Shown here in pieces: positions 27,539 through 36,191 of a DNA stretch of 64,000 nucleotides. The notes below the pieces were generated by a model. That model was given only the letters and a program-made list of their open reading frames with translations. It was not told where the DNA came from and did no database searches. The translations under genes were made by a program, and so were the position numbers. Positions within the stretch are counted from its first letter, which is position 1. Each line of letters opens with the position of its first letter. The stretch is from an uncultured delta proteobacterium (GTDB taxonomy: Bacteria; Desulfobacterota; Syntrophobacteria; BM002): NCBI GenBank assembly GCA_963712115.1, contig CAVQGX010000037.1, positions 55,739 through 119,738 of the forward strand. Reading direction: 5' to 3'.

Positions 27539-28291
27539 CTACCTCCTCCTTTTCGTATAAGAGGATCTGGTCTTGACCCCGCCGAATGCTGCGAAACATG
27601 AGGACTTGTGCAATACTTCTATTTTTTCGAATCCTACCTTCTTCATTAATGCAAGCTGGTAGGTCAAACTTCTGGGAGAATCTTCCTTGTCAATGTAGTC
27701 AAAAACTCTTGTTCTATAGTCTTTTCCTCCTGAAGACTCAAGATATTCTCCATATCTTTCCCACATTAATTCTTGTATGGCTGGGAGGTCGTGAAAGACC
27801 ATATCGCTTATCCAAAAACTTCCGTTAAGATTTATGGCATTATAAATTTTCTTGAACACAAATTTCCAGTCAGCCTCATCCCTTAAATGATGGAGCACAG
27901 CAGCTGCCAACACTATATCATATCGATCCGTTCCCAGTTCAATTTCTCTGACATCGCCTTGGAGCAGACGAATGTTCCCCGGTTTTTCTTTTGAGATTCT
28001 TTCTCTCGCTTTTTCAAGCATTGGCAGACTCAGATCAATCAAATCACAGTCAAGTCCATTTAAAATCCTTACTGTTTTAATTGTATTGTTTCCGGCACCG
28101 CAGCCAATATCAAGTAATCGCTTTGCATGAGGTGTAGTTTTAGCTGCTGCATGGGCTAACAGGTCCATCATTAACGGAGCATCAATGATCGCCTGTTGCC
28201 CGGTTTCCAAATTTGAAAATCGCTCTACGTCGTTATTAAATCGCTCTTTGATTTCTTTTATTGTGGATTTTTTTTCGAGAGGAGTTTTCAC
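27539..28291 (-). CDS. class I SAM-dependent methyltransferase
   Basis: GTG start 9 nt after GGAG. Motif I 'LLDIGCGAGNNT'. It ends 3 nt before the dmlA start, so it is probably co-transcribed. Confidence 0.8.
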   Translation of the reverse strand: MKTPLEKKSTIKEIKERFNNDVERFSNLETGQQAIIDAPLMMDLLAHAAAKTTPHAKRLLDIGCGAGNNTIKTVRILNGLDCDLIDLSLPMLEKARERISKEKPGNIRLLQGDVREIELGTDRYDIVLAAAVLHHLRDEADWKFVFKKIYNAINLNGSFWISDMVFHDLPAIQELMWERYGEYLESSGGKDYRTRVFDYIDKEDSPRSLTYQLALMKKVGFEKIEVLHKSSCFAAFGGVKTRSSYTKRRR

Positions 28292-28644
28292 TTCAAATTA
28301 CTCCTAAGCTGATCGAGTTTGTGAAATATTTAAAGGCGATCTGTTCAACCTCTTACAAGGATGGCTATCAGACCACTCAGGGAATCTGGTTGTCTAAGGC
28401 ACCACTGGTTAAGATCGTTTTGTGCTTGTTTTAGACGGTCTAACCCCTAATATATCTTGCCAAAAGACAAGCTTGGCCTCATTCACACAGGCACTTATAG
28501 CAAAAAATAAAACCTTAGGCAAAACGCTGGCAAATTCAGCATGTCCAGAACATATCATCCAATCAGGAAGTAGAGGTTGTCCCACGATTCTGTCTGCTGT
28601 ATGATTCCCCGATAAAAATTACATATTGATATGGGTGGTTTCGC

Positions 28645-29520
28645 ATGGATACCAAGAATCTTTCGGTAGCGCCAGACGCTTGGATAACCAGTATGGTGAT
28701 TGATTTTGTCGCCACCTCACCTCTCAATACATTGGGGCTTCCTGGCGGTGAGGTCGCATGGGATGCTCCCATTGTGGGCTTTTGCCGGGGTGATGATCCC
28801 ATCTATCTGGAGTTCAAGAACCACATTGGCGATTTCTACTGGACTCCTCTGGAGATCTTTGAACGCACCTTTACGGGGGTGAAAACGACCGCAAAAGATT
28901 TGACCGTCATCAGCTGGATACTGCCACAAACCCGAACTACAAAAGATGAGAACACCTCTCAGAAAGTCTATCCTTCGCTGCGATGGGCAGCTGCCCGGGG
29001 CTCAGGGGAAAAGTTCAATGTAGCCCTGCGCGAGCACGTCGCTAAGACTCTGGTTCAGGCTGGTGTGGAAGCGGTGGCGCCCATGCTTTCACCCTTCTGG
29101 TCCCGGCAAGCTTCTGAGCGTTACGGCTTCGCTTCTAACTGGTCTGAGCGCCACGCAGCCCACGCGGCTGGCCTGGGCACTTTCGGGCTCTGCGACGGTC
29201 TTATCACCCCTGTTGGCAAGGCTATCAGGGCCGGTTCAGTGGTAGCCAGGCTGGAGGTTCACCCCACCCCCCGACCCTACCGCGATCACCACGCCTATTG
29301 TCTTTTCTATAGTCATGGCACCTGTCAGAAATGTGTCGCGCGGTGTCCAGTTCAGGCCATCAGTTCCGAAGGCCATGACAAGGTCAGATGCCAGAGTCAC
29401 CTGGAAAAGGCCAAGAGCTATGTCCGCAAAAAATATGGTTTAGAAAACAAGGTCGGCTGCGGGCTTTGCCAGGTGGGAGTGCCCTGTGAATCTCACATTC
29501 CCTCGCCCGACGAGGGATAA
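28645..29520 (+). CDS. QueG/reductive-dehalogenase-like protein with two 4Fe-4S motifs
   Basis: 'SERHAAHAAGLGTFG', plus 'CQKCVARCP' and 'CGLCQVGVPC'. It is shorter (291 aa) than canonical QueG. Confidence 0.65.
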   Translation: MDTKNLSVAPDAWITSMVIDFVATSPLNTLGLPGGEVAWDAPIVGFCRGDDPIYLEFKNHIGDFYWTPLEIFERTFTGVKTTAKDLTVISWILPQTRTTKDENTSQKVYPSLRWAAARGSGEKFNVALREHVAKTLVQAGVEAVAPMLSPFWSRQASERYGFASNWSERHAAHAAGLGTFGLCDGLITPVGKAIRAGSVVARLEVHPTPRPYRDHHAYCLFYSHGTCQKCVARCPVQAISSEGHDKVRCQSHLEKAKSYVRKKYGLENKVGCGLCQVGVPCESHIPSPDEG

Positions 29521-29608
29521 TACGGCGGACGATGGCGGGCAGGCAGACGCGATTCGACCCTCAAGCTGAAAGGTCATATTTTGACAACCTGTGACATAAG
29601 GTGAAGTG

Positions 29609-32182
29609 ATGGGAGCATCAACCGTCCCTGGAAAACCTGATTCCGCACTTGGAGGAGGTACCCTGGGGACCTTCGCTGGGGTTTTTACCCCGAGCATTTT
29701 GACTATTCTGGGAATCATCCTCTTCCTGCGGCTCGGTTATGTTGTCGGGAACGCAGGCCTAGGTCGCGCCCTCATCATTATTGGCCTGGCAAACGCCATC
29801 TCTATACTAACCAGTGTTTCACTTTCTGCGATTGCCACGAACATCAAGGTAAGGGGGGGAGGGGATTACTATCTCATCTCCCGGACCCTTGGTGTGGAAT
29901 TCGGTGGCTCCATAGGGATTGTCCTCTTTCTCGCCCAATCGGTATCTGTCGGCTTCTACTGTATAGGGTTTGCCGAGGCCGTGACCAGCTTCATTCCAGA
30001 TGCTGGAAGATTTTTGCCACAGATCGTAGCTGGCCTCGCAGTGCTATTTCTTTTTGTCTTCGCCTGGCTGGGTGCAGATTGGGCCACCAAGTTCCAGTAT
30101 GTGGTGATGGTCACATTGGCAGCCGCACTGATCTCGTTTTTTGCCGGCGGTCTGGCTAAGTGGGACACGGTAATTCTCCTTCAAAACTGGGTGGCGCCTC
30201 CTGCTGGTGCTGAGTTTTGGGTTCTTTTCGCCATTTTCTTTCCGGCGGTCACAGGCTTCACCCAGGGCGTAAGCATGTCAGGCGACCTCAAGGATGCGGG
30301 TAAGAGCTTACCATCGGGAACATTTTTGGCGGTGGGGCTGTCGATCATCATCTACTTCGGGGTGGCGGTAGTATTCGCTGCCACCCTGCCCAACGACCTC
30401 CTAATTGGCGACTACGGGGCCATGAAACGTGTTGCGCGGTTCAACTTTCTCATCGATGCAGGGGTAATCGCAGCCACTTTGTCCTCCGCCATGGCCAGTT
30501 TTATGGGCGCACCTCGCATCTTGCAATCCCTGGCAGGTGACCGTACTTTTCCTTTCCTTCTGCCGTTTGCCAAGGGATATGGCCCGACCGGCAATCCTCG
30601 TCGAGGTGTTTTGCTGTCTGGGGGAATCGCTCTGGGCACCATAACTCTAGGCAATTTGAATCTGGTGGCATCAGTTGTCTCTATGTTCTTCTTGATTTCC
30701 TATGGCCTTCTTAACTACGCTACTTTTTACGAGGCTCGGGCAGCCAGCCCATCATTCCGCCCTAGGTTTCGTTTTTTCGATCTGCGGCTCAGCTTCCTCG
30801 GCGGGCTAGCATGCCTTGGAGCGATGCTGGCAATTGATCTGGCGGCTGGTGCAGCGGCAACTGCACTCCTGTTTGCTATCTACCAGTATCTCAAGCGAAC
30901 CGCAGGTCCAGCAAGGTGGGCTGATAGTCGTCGCTCTTACTACCTACAGCGCGTGCGGGAGAATCTTCTGGCTGCGGGACTAGAGCCCGAGCATCCTCGG
31001 GATTGGCGCCCCCATTTGCTTGCCTTCTCCAATGACTCCCACAGACGCAAACAACTTCTGCGATTTGCTTCCTGGCTTGAGGGTGGCAGTGGTTTTACCA
31101 CAGCGGTGCGCATTCTGGAAGGAGAAGGGGTGAAAATGCTGAAATTACGTCAGGAGGCTGAAGCGGAACTTCGTGCCGACATCGCTGACTATGGTATGCA
31201 AGCCTTTCCCCTTGTAGTAGCCGCACCCAATCTCAACCTTGGTGTTCACACCTTGGTGCAATCCTTTGGCATCGGGCCGCTACGGGTGAATACAATTCTT
31301 CTCAACTGGCTCGAACAGCTTCCCAAAGGCATTCTTGGCCTTGGGGAATTTCAATATGCAACAAATCTCCGCACCGCCTTCCGGTTGGGTTGTAACATCG
31401 TGGTGCTGGACGCCAAGGAGGAAGAATGGATCTCCCTGGAGACTCTTTCCCCTGATGAAAGGCGTATAGATGTATGGTGGTGGGACGATGCGACCAGCCG
31501 CCTGATGCTTCTGCTTGCGTATCTGATGACCCGAAGTGATGCTTGGGGTGAGGCGAGGATTCGGGTGCTGGCTGCTGGTCAAGATGGGGAATTAGATGAA
31601 GAGGTGGAGGGCCTCAAGAAGATGCTCGAGGAGGCCCGAATTGAAGCGGAACCAGAGATAGCAGAGAACATGAACTCCGAAACTGTTGTGGAGCACTCCG
31701 GTGATGCTGCCCTGGTGTTTTTCCCGTTTCGACTGCGGGGGAATCAGCTTCTGGACCCATTTGATAAACCTCTTGATGCAATTCTCCCTCGTTTGCCCAT
31801 TGTGGCTCTGGTTCTGGCTGCTGAGGATATCGAACTCGACGCTGAACCCGAAGAAGGAATAGCTGGAGAAAGCGCTGCAGCGCTTGATACTTTTGCAGAT
31901 GCTGAGAAGAAAGCCCGGGAGGCGGAGAAGGAGGCAGTTGCCGCAAAGGAGGAGTTAGAAAAGTGGCTTGGAGAGATCCGGGCTGCCACTGAATCCGGCG
32001 CCAAGCATGAGGATTTGTCTAAGATAGAGGGTGCTGCCCTTGAAGCCGAAGAACGGGTAAACAAAGCTACTCGGCGGGCAGCCAAGGCCAAGGCCAAATT
32101 GGAAGATGCAGCCAGAACGGTTGAGGCCCTTGGGGTAAAACCTCCAGAGGTAGACAAAGAGCCCGGGGAGACGCAAGATTGA
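29609..32182 (+). CDS. SLC12 (cation-chloride cotransporter)-like APC-superfamily transporter with a large cytoplasmic C-terminal domain
   Basis: 'GTFAGVFTPSILTILGIILFLRLGYVVGNAG', about 12 TM and then ~400 aa soluble. The last ~110 aa are Ala/Glu/Lys-rich coiled coil. A GTG at 29606 is an alternative start. Confidence 0.8.
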   Translation: MGASTVPGKPDSALGGGTLGTFAGVFTPSILTILGIILFLRLGYVVGNAGLGRALIIIGLANAISILTSVSLSAIATNIKVRGGGDYYLISRTLGVEFGGSIGIVLFLAQSVSVGFYCIGFAEAVTSFIPDAGRFLPQIVAGLAVLFLFVFAWLGADWATKFQYVVMVTLAAALISFFAGGLAKWDTVILLQNWVAPPAGAEFWVLFAIFFPAVTGFTQGVSMSGDLKDAGKSLPSGTFLAVGLSIIIYFGVAVVFAATLPNDLLIGDYGAMKRVARFNFLIDAGVIAATLSSAMASFMGAPRILQSLAGDRTFPFLLPFAKGYGPTGNPRRGVLLSGGIALGTITLGNLNLVASVVSMFFLISYGLLNYATFYEARAASPSFRPRFRFFDLRLSFLGGLACLGAMLAIDLAAGAAATALLFAIYQYLKRTAGPARWADSRRSYYLQRVRENLLAAGLEPEHPRDWRPHLLAFSNDSHRRKQLLRFASWLEGGSGFTTAVRILEGEGVKMLKLRQEAEAELRADIADYGMQAFPLVVAAPNLNLGVHTLVQSFGIGPLRVNTILLNWLEQLPKGILGLGEFQYATNLRTAFRLGCNIVVLDAKEEEWISLETLSPDERRIDVWWWDDATSRLMLLLAYLMTRSDAWGEARIRVLAAGQDGELDEEVEGLKKMLEEARIEAEPEIAENMNSETVVEHSGDAALVFFPFRLRGNQLLDPFDKPLDAILPRLPIVALVLAAEDIELDAEPEEGIAGESAAALDTFADAEKKAREAEKEAVAAKEELEKWLGEIRAATESGAKHEDLSKIEGAALEAEERVNKATRRAAKAKAKLEDAARTVEALGVKPPEVDKEPGETQD

Positions 32183-32385
32183 TCTCTGGGAGCTAACGCC
32201 AGCCGCGGCAAAGCAGTAATGGAATTCAGAGGCGCGTGGCCAGCCACATCTTGGTCAACAGTGCCCTTCGAAGTCATTCAATCTAACACCCTCCACCTGG
32301 TCAAGATAACCATCGAATACATTCCACCAGTATTGCCCAAAAAGAAAAGCCCCCATAAGAAGTGAGAGCTTATCTGTAATTCAAA

Positions 32386-32497
32386 TGGCGTCCCCAAGGG
32401 TACTCCCCGTTTACCCCAGTTTTTTCTACGTCTCAGGCAGCATCAGAATGTTGTTGAGTATTATCCCTCTAGGAGGCAGCGGAAACCATTGCTTCTC
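32386..32497 (+). repeat. Family-B dispersed element, copy 2
   Basis: tggcgtccccaagggtactccccgtttaccccagttttttctacgtctcaggcagcatca...ggaaaccattgcttc. It aligns over ~110 nt with copies 3 and 4. Confidence 0.7.
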
Positions 32498-32769
32498 CTA
32501 GTAATAGGTCTTTCAATTGGTATTTAGCTGAAGCTAATAGTTCGAAAGTTGACCCAACAGAGTTTATATTAAGATATGCTTTTCATGATTTTAATTCTGG
32601 TCAAGTTTTAAGCTTGGCAAAATACTTTCAGTTACTGTTCAAATATATTTCCCCCTACATATTAGCTCAAAAGAAAGTTTTCTAGCCAAATTACCGAAAA
32701 GAAGATGGTGATAGTATTATGCTAATTTCTTTATATTGTTACCTCCCAATAATAATAATTATAAATGAC

Positions 32770-32798
32770 TTGACTTCCGCCAAGAAAGTGAGTATCAT
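32770..32798 (+). promoter_or_regulatory. candidate sigma-70 promoter of the second csp gene
   Basis: TTGACT (32770-32775), a 17-nt spacer, then TATCAT (32793-32798). It lies ~125 nt upstream of the start codon. Confidence 0.5.
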
Positions 32799-32814
32799 CC
32801 TCTCAATCAATAAA

Positions 32815-32846
32815 GGGCCGTCTTTATTGACGGCCCGGTTTCGTTC
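32815..32846 (+). promoter_or_regulatory. terminator-like hairpin inside the csp leader
   Basis: GGGCCGTC (32815-32822) pairs with GACGGCCC (32829-32836) around loop TTTATT, followed by GGTTTCGTTC. Confidence 0.4.
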
Positions 32847-32924
32847 TGAGGGAAGATCCATTTGTCAAAAGTGGCAACCCCGAGTTTGGAACCTTGAGAA
32901 TCTTTTTGAAAGGAGGGTGTCACT

Positions 32925-33125
32925 ATGACCAATGGAATTGTGAAGTGGTTTGATAGCCAAAAAGGCTACGGCTTCATTGAGCAGGAAGATGGCCCGGATG
33001 TATTCGTCCACCATTCAGGGATAAACGCATCGGGTTACAAATCTCTCAATGATGGCGACAGCGTGACTTTTAATGTGGAGCAGGGCCAAAAAGGGCCTGC
33101 TGCCGTGAACGTCACCAAGATTTAG
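32925..33125 (+). CDS. cold-shock protein, CspA family
   Basis: AGGAGGG RBS. 66 aa, '[33 protein letters not shown]'. Confidence 0.95.
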   Translation: MTNGIVKWFDSQKGYGFIEQEDGPDVFVHHSGINASGYKSLNDGDSVTFNVEQGQKGPAAVNVTKI

Positions 33126-33147
33126 TTGGCGGTAACACGCTTATTAA

Positions 33148-33185
33148 GGGCATCTCGTCTAAGTAAGGCAAGATGTCCTTTTCAT
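33148..33185 (+). terminator. intrinsic terminator of the second csp
   Basis: GGGCATCTCG pairs with CAAGATGTCC (one G-U and one mismatch) and is followed by TTTTC. The 5' arm is nearly identical to that of the terminator at 16821. Confidence 0.7.
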
Positions 33186-33199
33186 TTGTATTTGAGCAA

Positions 33200-33350
33200 A
33201 GAAAACCTGGTCCTGTGGGCCAGGTCAAGTTTCAATGGCTTTGCCAGCAGAAGAGGTTTAAGGCACAAGGCGTAAGGCGCAAGGCATAGGGAGAGAGTGA
33301 GTTTTCTTTTATTGTTTTTACCTTGTGCCCTGTACCTTGAGCCTTGAGCC
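33200..33350 (+). repeat. Heptad-arm hairpin H2 with a 15-nt box
   Basis: Box AGAAAACCTGGTCCT at 33200-33214. The 5' arm AAGGCAC AAGGCGT AAGGCGC AAGGCAT AGG (33260-33290) pairs with CCTTGTG CCCTGTA CCTTGAG CCTTGAG CC (33321-33350). That gives about 25 of 29 pairs if G-U is allowed on the + strand. The loop is T-rich. Confidence 0.7.
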
Positions 33351-33483
33351 GTTCGCTTTTGACAGCTCAAAGCCAGGTTCTTTGGGCCTGAATTCTTTAC
33401 TTGCCTTGCCAAAGTCGGGTTAAGCAAGGAAAAATGACCAAATCTGAAAATAAGACTATGAAAGGCTGGTTATTATCTGAAAG

Positions 33484-34200
33484 ATGAATCTCTTAAGCGG
33501 AATTACTTATAACTTGCGTGGTCTACGGCTGGGCATAAAGACCCCTAAGCTTCTTGTATTGGGGCTTATCAGGTTTGCCGCCGTCGTCATCATTACCATT
33601 CTTGCAACAAGCCTTATCCTTGTTTACCATGAGAAGATTCTGCATCTCATTTGGGCTAAGCCTGCAAGTCAATGGATTCTTTGGTTATGGTACGTCCTCT
33701 CCTGGGTGCTTTCCTTATTCCTAGTGGGGCTGTCGGCCATTCTTTCCTATCTTGTCTCGCAAATACTCTTCGGTGTGTTCATCATGGATTACATGTCTCG
33801 AGTTACTGAACGCATGATGCTGGGCGAGGAACATGAACCGGAGAAAGTGCCCGTGTTGCGGCAACTTTCCTATCTTGTCAAACAGGAAATACCAAGAACG
33901 ATCCTCCCAGTTTTAGTAATCCTTCTACTCATGGTTCTAGGCTGGCTTACACCCTTGGGCCCGGTGCTGGCGATCCTCTCATCGGGAATTGCGGTCATTT
34001 TTCTCGCCTGGGACAATACGGATCTTGTTCCTGCAAGAAGGCTTTATCCTTATAAGAAGCGTTTCAAACTCTTGTTGGATAGCCTCACGTTTCACTTGGG
34101 TTTCGGCCTTCTGTTCCTGATTCCTCTATTGAACATCCTTTTTCTCTCCTTCGCACCAGTGGGCGCCACTATCTACTTTATCGATAAGCATGACAAATAG
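33484..34200 (+). CDS. EI24/CysZ-like membrane protein
   Basis: 238 aa with four or more TM. The N-terminal 'GITYNLRGLRLGIKTPKLLVLGLIRF' and the overall topology resemble the CysZ/EI24 (DUF540) family. Confidence 0.7.
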   Translation: MNLLSGITYNLRGLRLGIKTPKLLVLGLIRFAAVVIITILATSLILVYHEKILHLIWAKPASQWILWLWYVLSWVLSLFLVGLSAILSYLVSQILFGVFIMDYMSRVTERMMLGEEHEPEKVPVLRQLSYLVKQEIPRTILPVLVILLLMVLGWLTPLGPVLAILSSGIAVIFLAWDNTDLVPARRLYPYKKRFKLLLDSLTFHLGFGLLFLIPLLNILFLSFAPVGATIYFIDKHDK

Positions 34201-34356
34201 AGGCTATTCAAAGATCAGCTTTACGACTGGCTCTCCCTCAATCCTTCACAAGGTCATCTCTATTTTTGGGTAAGCGGAAGTCAACTATTTAATCTTGTTG
34301 GGATAAAAGCGAAAATAGTCAATAAAGATTGGGTAACATCTTACGAGGCGATCTAG

Positions 34357-35532
34357 GTGAAAGACGAAGATAAGACAAAAGAGCAATTCATAAATAAATT
34401 GGTGGAGTTGCGGCGGCGGATTGCTGAATTGGAAGCACTGGCAGGCGAGCACAAGCGGGCAGAGCAGGAGACTCGTGAATACGCTGAAAGCATAGTGGAT
34501 ACGGTTCGTGAGGGTCTTTTGGTGCTTGATGGGGATCTGAGGGTAATTTCGGCCAACCGTTCTTTCTACGAGACATTCAAAGTGAAACCTGGGGAGACCG
34601 AGGGACAGCTAGTATATGACCTGGGCAACCGACAGTGGAACATCCCCAAGCTGCGAGAACTGCTGGAAGAGATCCTCCCCACGGACACAACCTTCGACAA
34701 CTTCGAGGTGGAGCATGAATTCAAGATAATCGGGCGCCGAGTAATGCACCTGAACGCTCGACGGATATACAGGGAGACCAACGAGACCCGTTTGATTCTC
34801 CTGGCCATTGAAGATGTGACCGAGCGCAAGCGAGCGCAGCAAGCACTGCGACAGAGCTCTGAAGAACTGAAGTTTTTTGCTTATTCGGTTATGCACGATC
34901 TTAAGAGTCCGGCTATAGGCATCTATGGACTGACAGAGCTTCTTCATAAGCACTACAAAGATGCTCTTGATGAAAGGGGTAGGAGCTACTGTGATCAAAT
35001 CTTAAAAGCTTCCGTGCATGTTGCGGCGCTCATTGAAAAGATCAATGTCTACATCGCGACGAAGGAATCACCTTTAAAGATTGAGAAAATAAACATAAAA
35101 GATATTCTGCAGATGGTTAGAGAAGAGTTCTCACCTCGGCTGGCTGTTCGTCAAGTAAAGTGGTTGGAACCCGACGGCATGGTAGAGGTCAAAGCAGATC
35201 AGTTGTCTATCCTTAGGGTTTTCAGAAATTTCGTGGATAACGCATTAAAATACGGTGGCGAAGAATTAAGCGAGATTAGAATTGGCCATGAAGAATCTGA
35301 AGAATTCCACACTCTTTCCATAAGCGACGACGGTGCTGGCGTAAGAGAAGGAGATTATGCAAGGATTTTTGCGGCCTTTCGAAGGGGCGAGACATATAAA
35401 GCGGTTGAAGGCGTTGGCCTCGGATTGGCCATAGTGGCCGAAATAGCAGAACGCCATGGGGGCAGGGTGTGGGCGGAGTCCAGAAATGACCGATGGACAA
35501 AATTTCATATATCTATTGCAAAATATTTGTAA
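34357..35532 (+). CDS. cytoplasmic PAS-domain sensor histidine kinase
   Basis: Coiled-coil N-terminus and a PAS-like region. H-box 'SVMHDLKSPAIGI', N-box 'FVDNALKYGG', G1 'SDDGAGV', G2 'GVGLGLAIV'. Confidence 0.85.
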   Translation: MKDEDKTKEQFINKLVELRRRIAELEALAGEHKRAEQETREYAESIVDTVREGLLVLDGDLRVISANRSFYETFKVKPGETEGQLVYDLGNRQWNIPKLRELLEEILPTDTTFDNFEVEHEFKIIGRRVMHLNARRIYRETNETRLILLAIEDVTERKRAQQALRQSSEELKFFAYSVMHDLKSPAIGIYGLTELLHKHYKDALDERGRSYCDQILKASVHVAALIEKINVYIATKESPLKIEKINIKDILQMVREEFSPRLAVRQVKWLEPDGMVEVKADQLSILRVFRNFVDNALKYGGEELSEIRIGHEESEEFHTLSISDDGAGVREGDYARIFAAFRRGETYKAVEGVGLGLAIVAEIAERHGGRVWAESRNDRWTKFHISIAKYL

Positions 35533-35755
35533 TCTTCTTTTTTTCTAGATTTCGGACTTCTCCTCTCGGTGCAAAGCAGAATTCAGCAAAAGGGTTCAAG
35601 ACCAAAACCGTGAACATGGGAAATTAAGATGAGCTAATTTCGATCGAGTCTTGAGTGCTTTTGGTATTATATCTCCTGCTGTCACAAACCAGTTGTTTCC
35701 GTTATCCTAGTTTCTGTCGTTCCCGATTTCAAATCAAGATAACCGCTTTCCCTTG

Positions 35756-35785
35756 TTGACATAAACCGTCTGCTACCCTTAATAT
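35756..35785 (+). promoter_or_regulatory. candidate sigma-70 promoter for the sORF / Cys-rich / SPFH operon
   Basis: TTGACA (35756-35761), an 18-nt spacer, then TAATAT (35780-35785). Confidence 0.4.
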
Positions 35786-35873
35786 GGAAATAGCTCACAT
35801 TTTCTGGTGATTTTCACTCCACTTTTGCACCTCTCTGCTCCAGCCGCTGGTAATCCCAAAGAAGGAGCGTGAC

Positions 35874-35930
35874 ATGCAAAGAATGGCCGCTTTCTTATTA
35901 CTCTTAATTTCATTATCTCTGGTGGGTTAA
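35874..35930 (+). CDS. 18-codon hydrophobic micro-ORF (speculative)
   Basis: AAGGAG lies 6 nt upstream of the ATG. Translation is MQRMAAFLLLLISLSLVG. The stop sits directly before the RBS of the next gene. Confidence 0.3.
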   Translation: MQRMAAFLLLLISLSLVG

Positions 35931-35943
35931 AGGAGGATGAGCC

Positions 35944-36165
35944 GTGAAAGAGCAGTGCGAAAATTGTAGGTTTTGGAGGAGACCTGAAGCTCAAGCAGAA
36001 AAGGCCGCTGGTAATTGTCGTCGCTATGCCCCTAGACCTTGGGGCTGCGGCTATGTTGGGGTGGACATTCGTGAAGATGAATCTATTGAGAGAAAACTCT
36101 ATTCTATTGCATTGTGGCCGACCACCCACGGCCATGAATGGTGTGGTGAGTGGCAGAAAAAATAG
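35944..36165 (+). CDS. hypothetical 73-aa Cys/Trp-rich protein
   Basis: GTG start 6 nt after AAAGGAGGA. 'CENCRFW..GNCRRY..WGCG..HEWCGEW'. It ends 26 nt before the SPFH gene. Confidence 0.5.
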   Translation: MKEQCENCRFWRRPEAQAEKAAGNCRRYAPRPWGCGYVGVDIREDESIERKLYSIALWPTTHGHEWCGEWQKK

Positions 36166-36191
36166 TGGGTTTATCGTGAGCGGAAGATAGC

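Noticed and set aside
31744-32277. A 177-aa minus-strand ORF overlapping the 3' end of the SLC12-like gene.
   Set aside because: It is the antisense of the Ala/Glu/Lys-rich coiled-coil tail, giving a Ser/Ala/Leu-rich low-complexity product, and it has no independent support.
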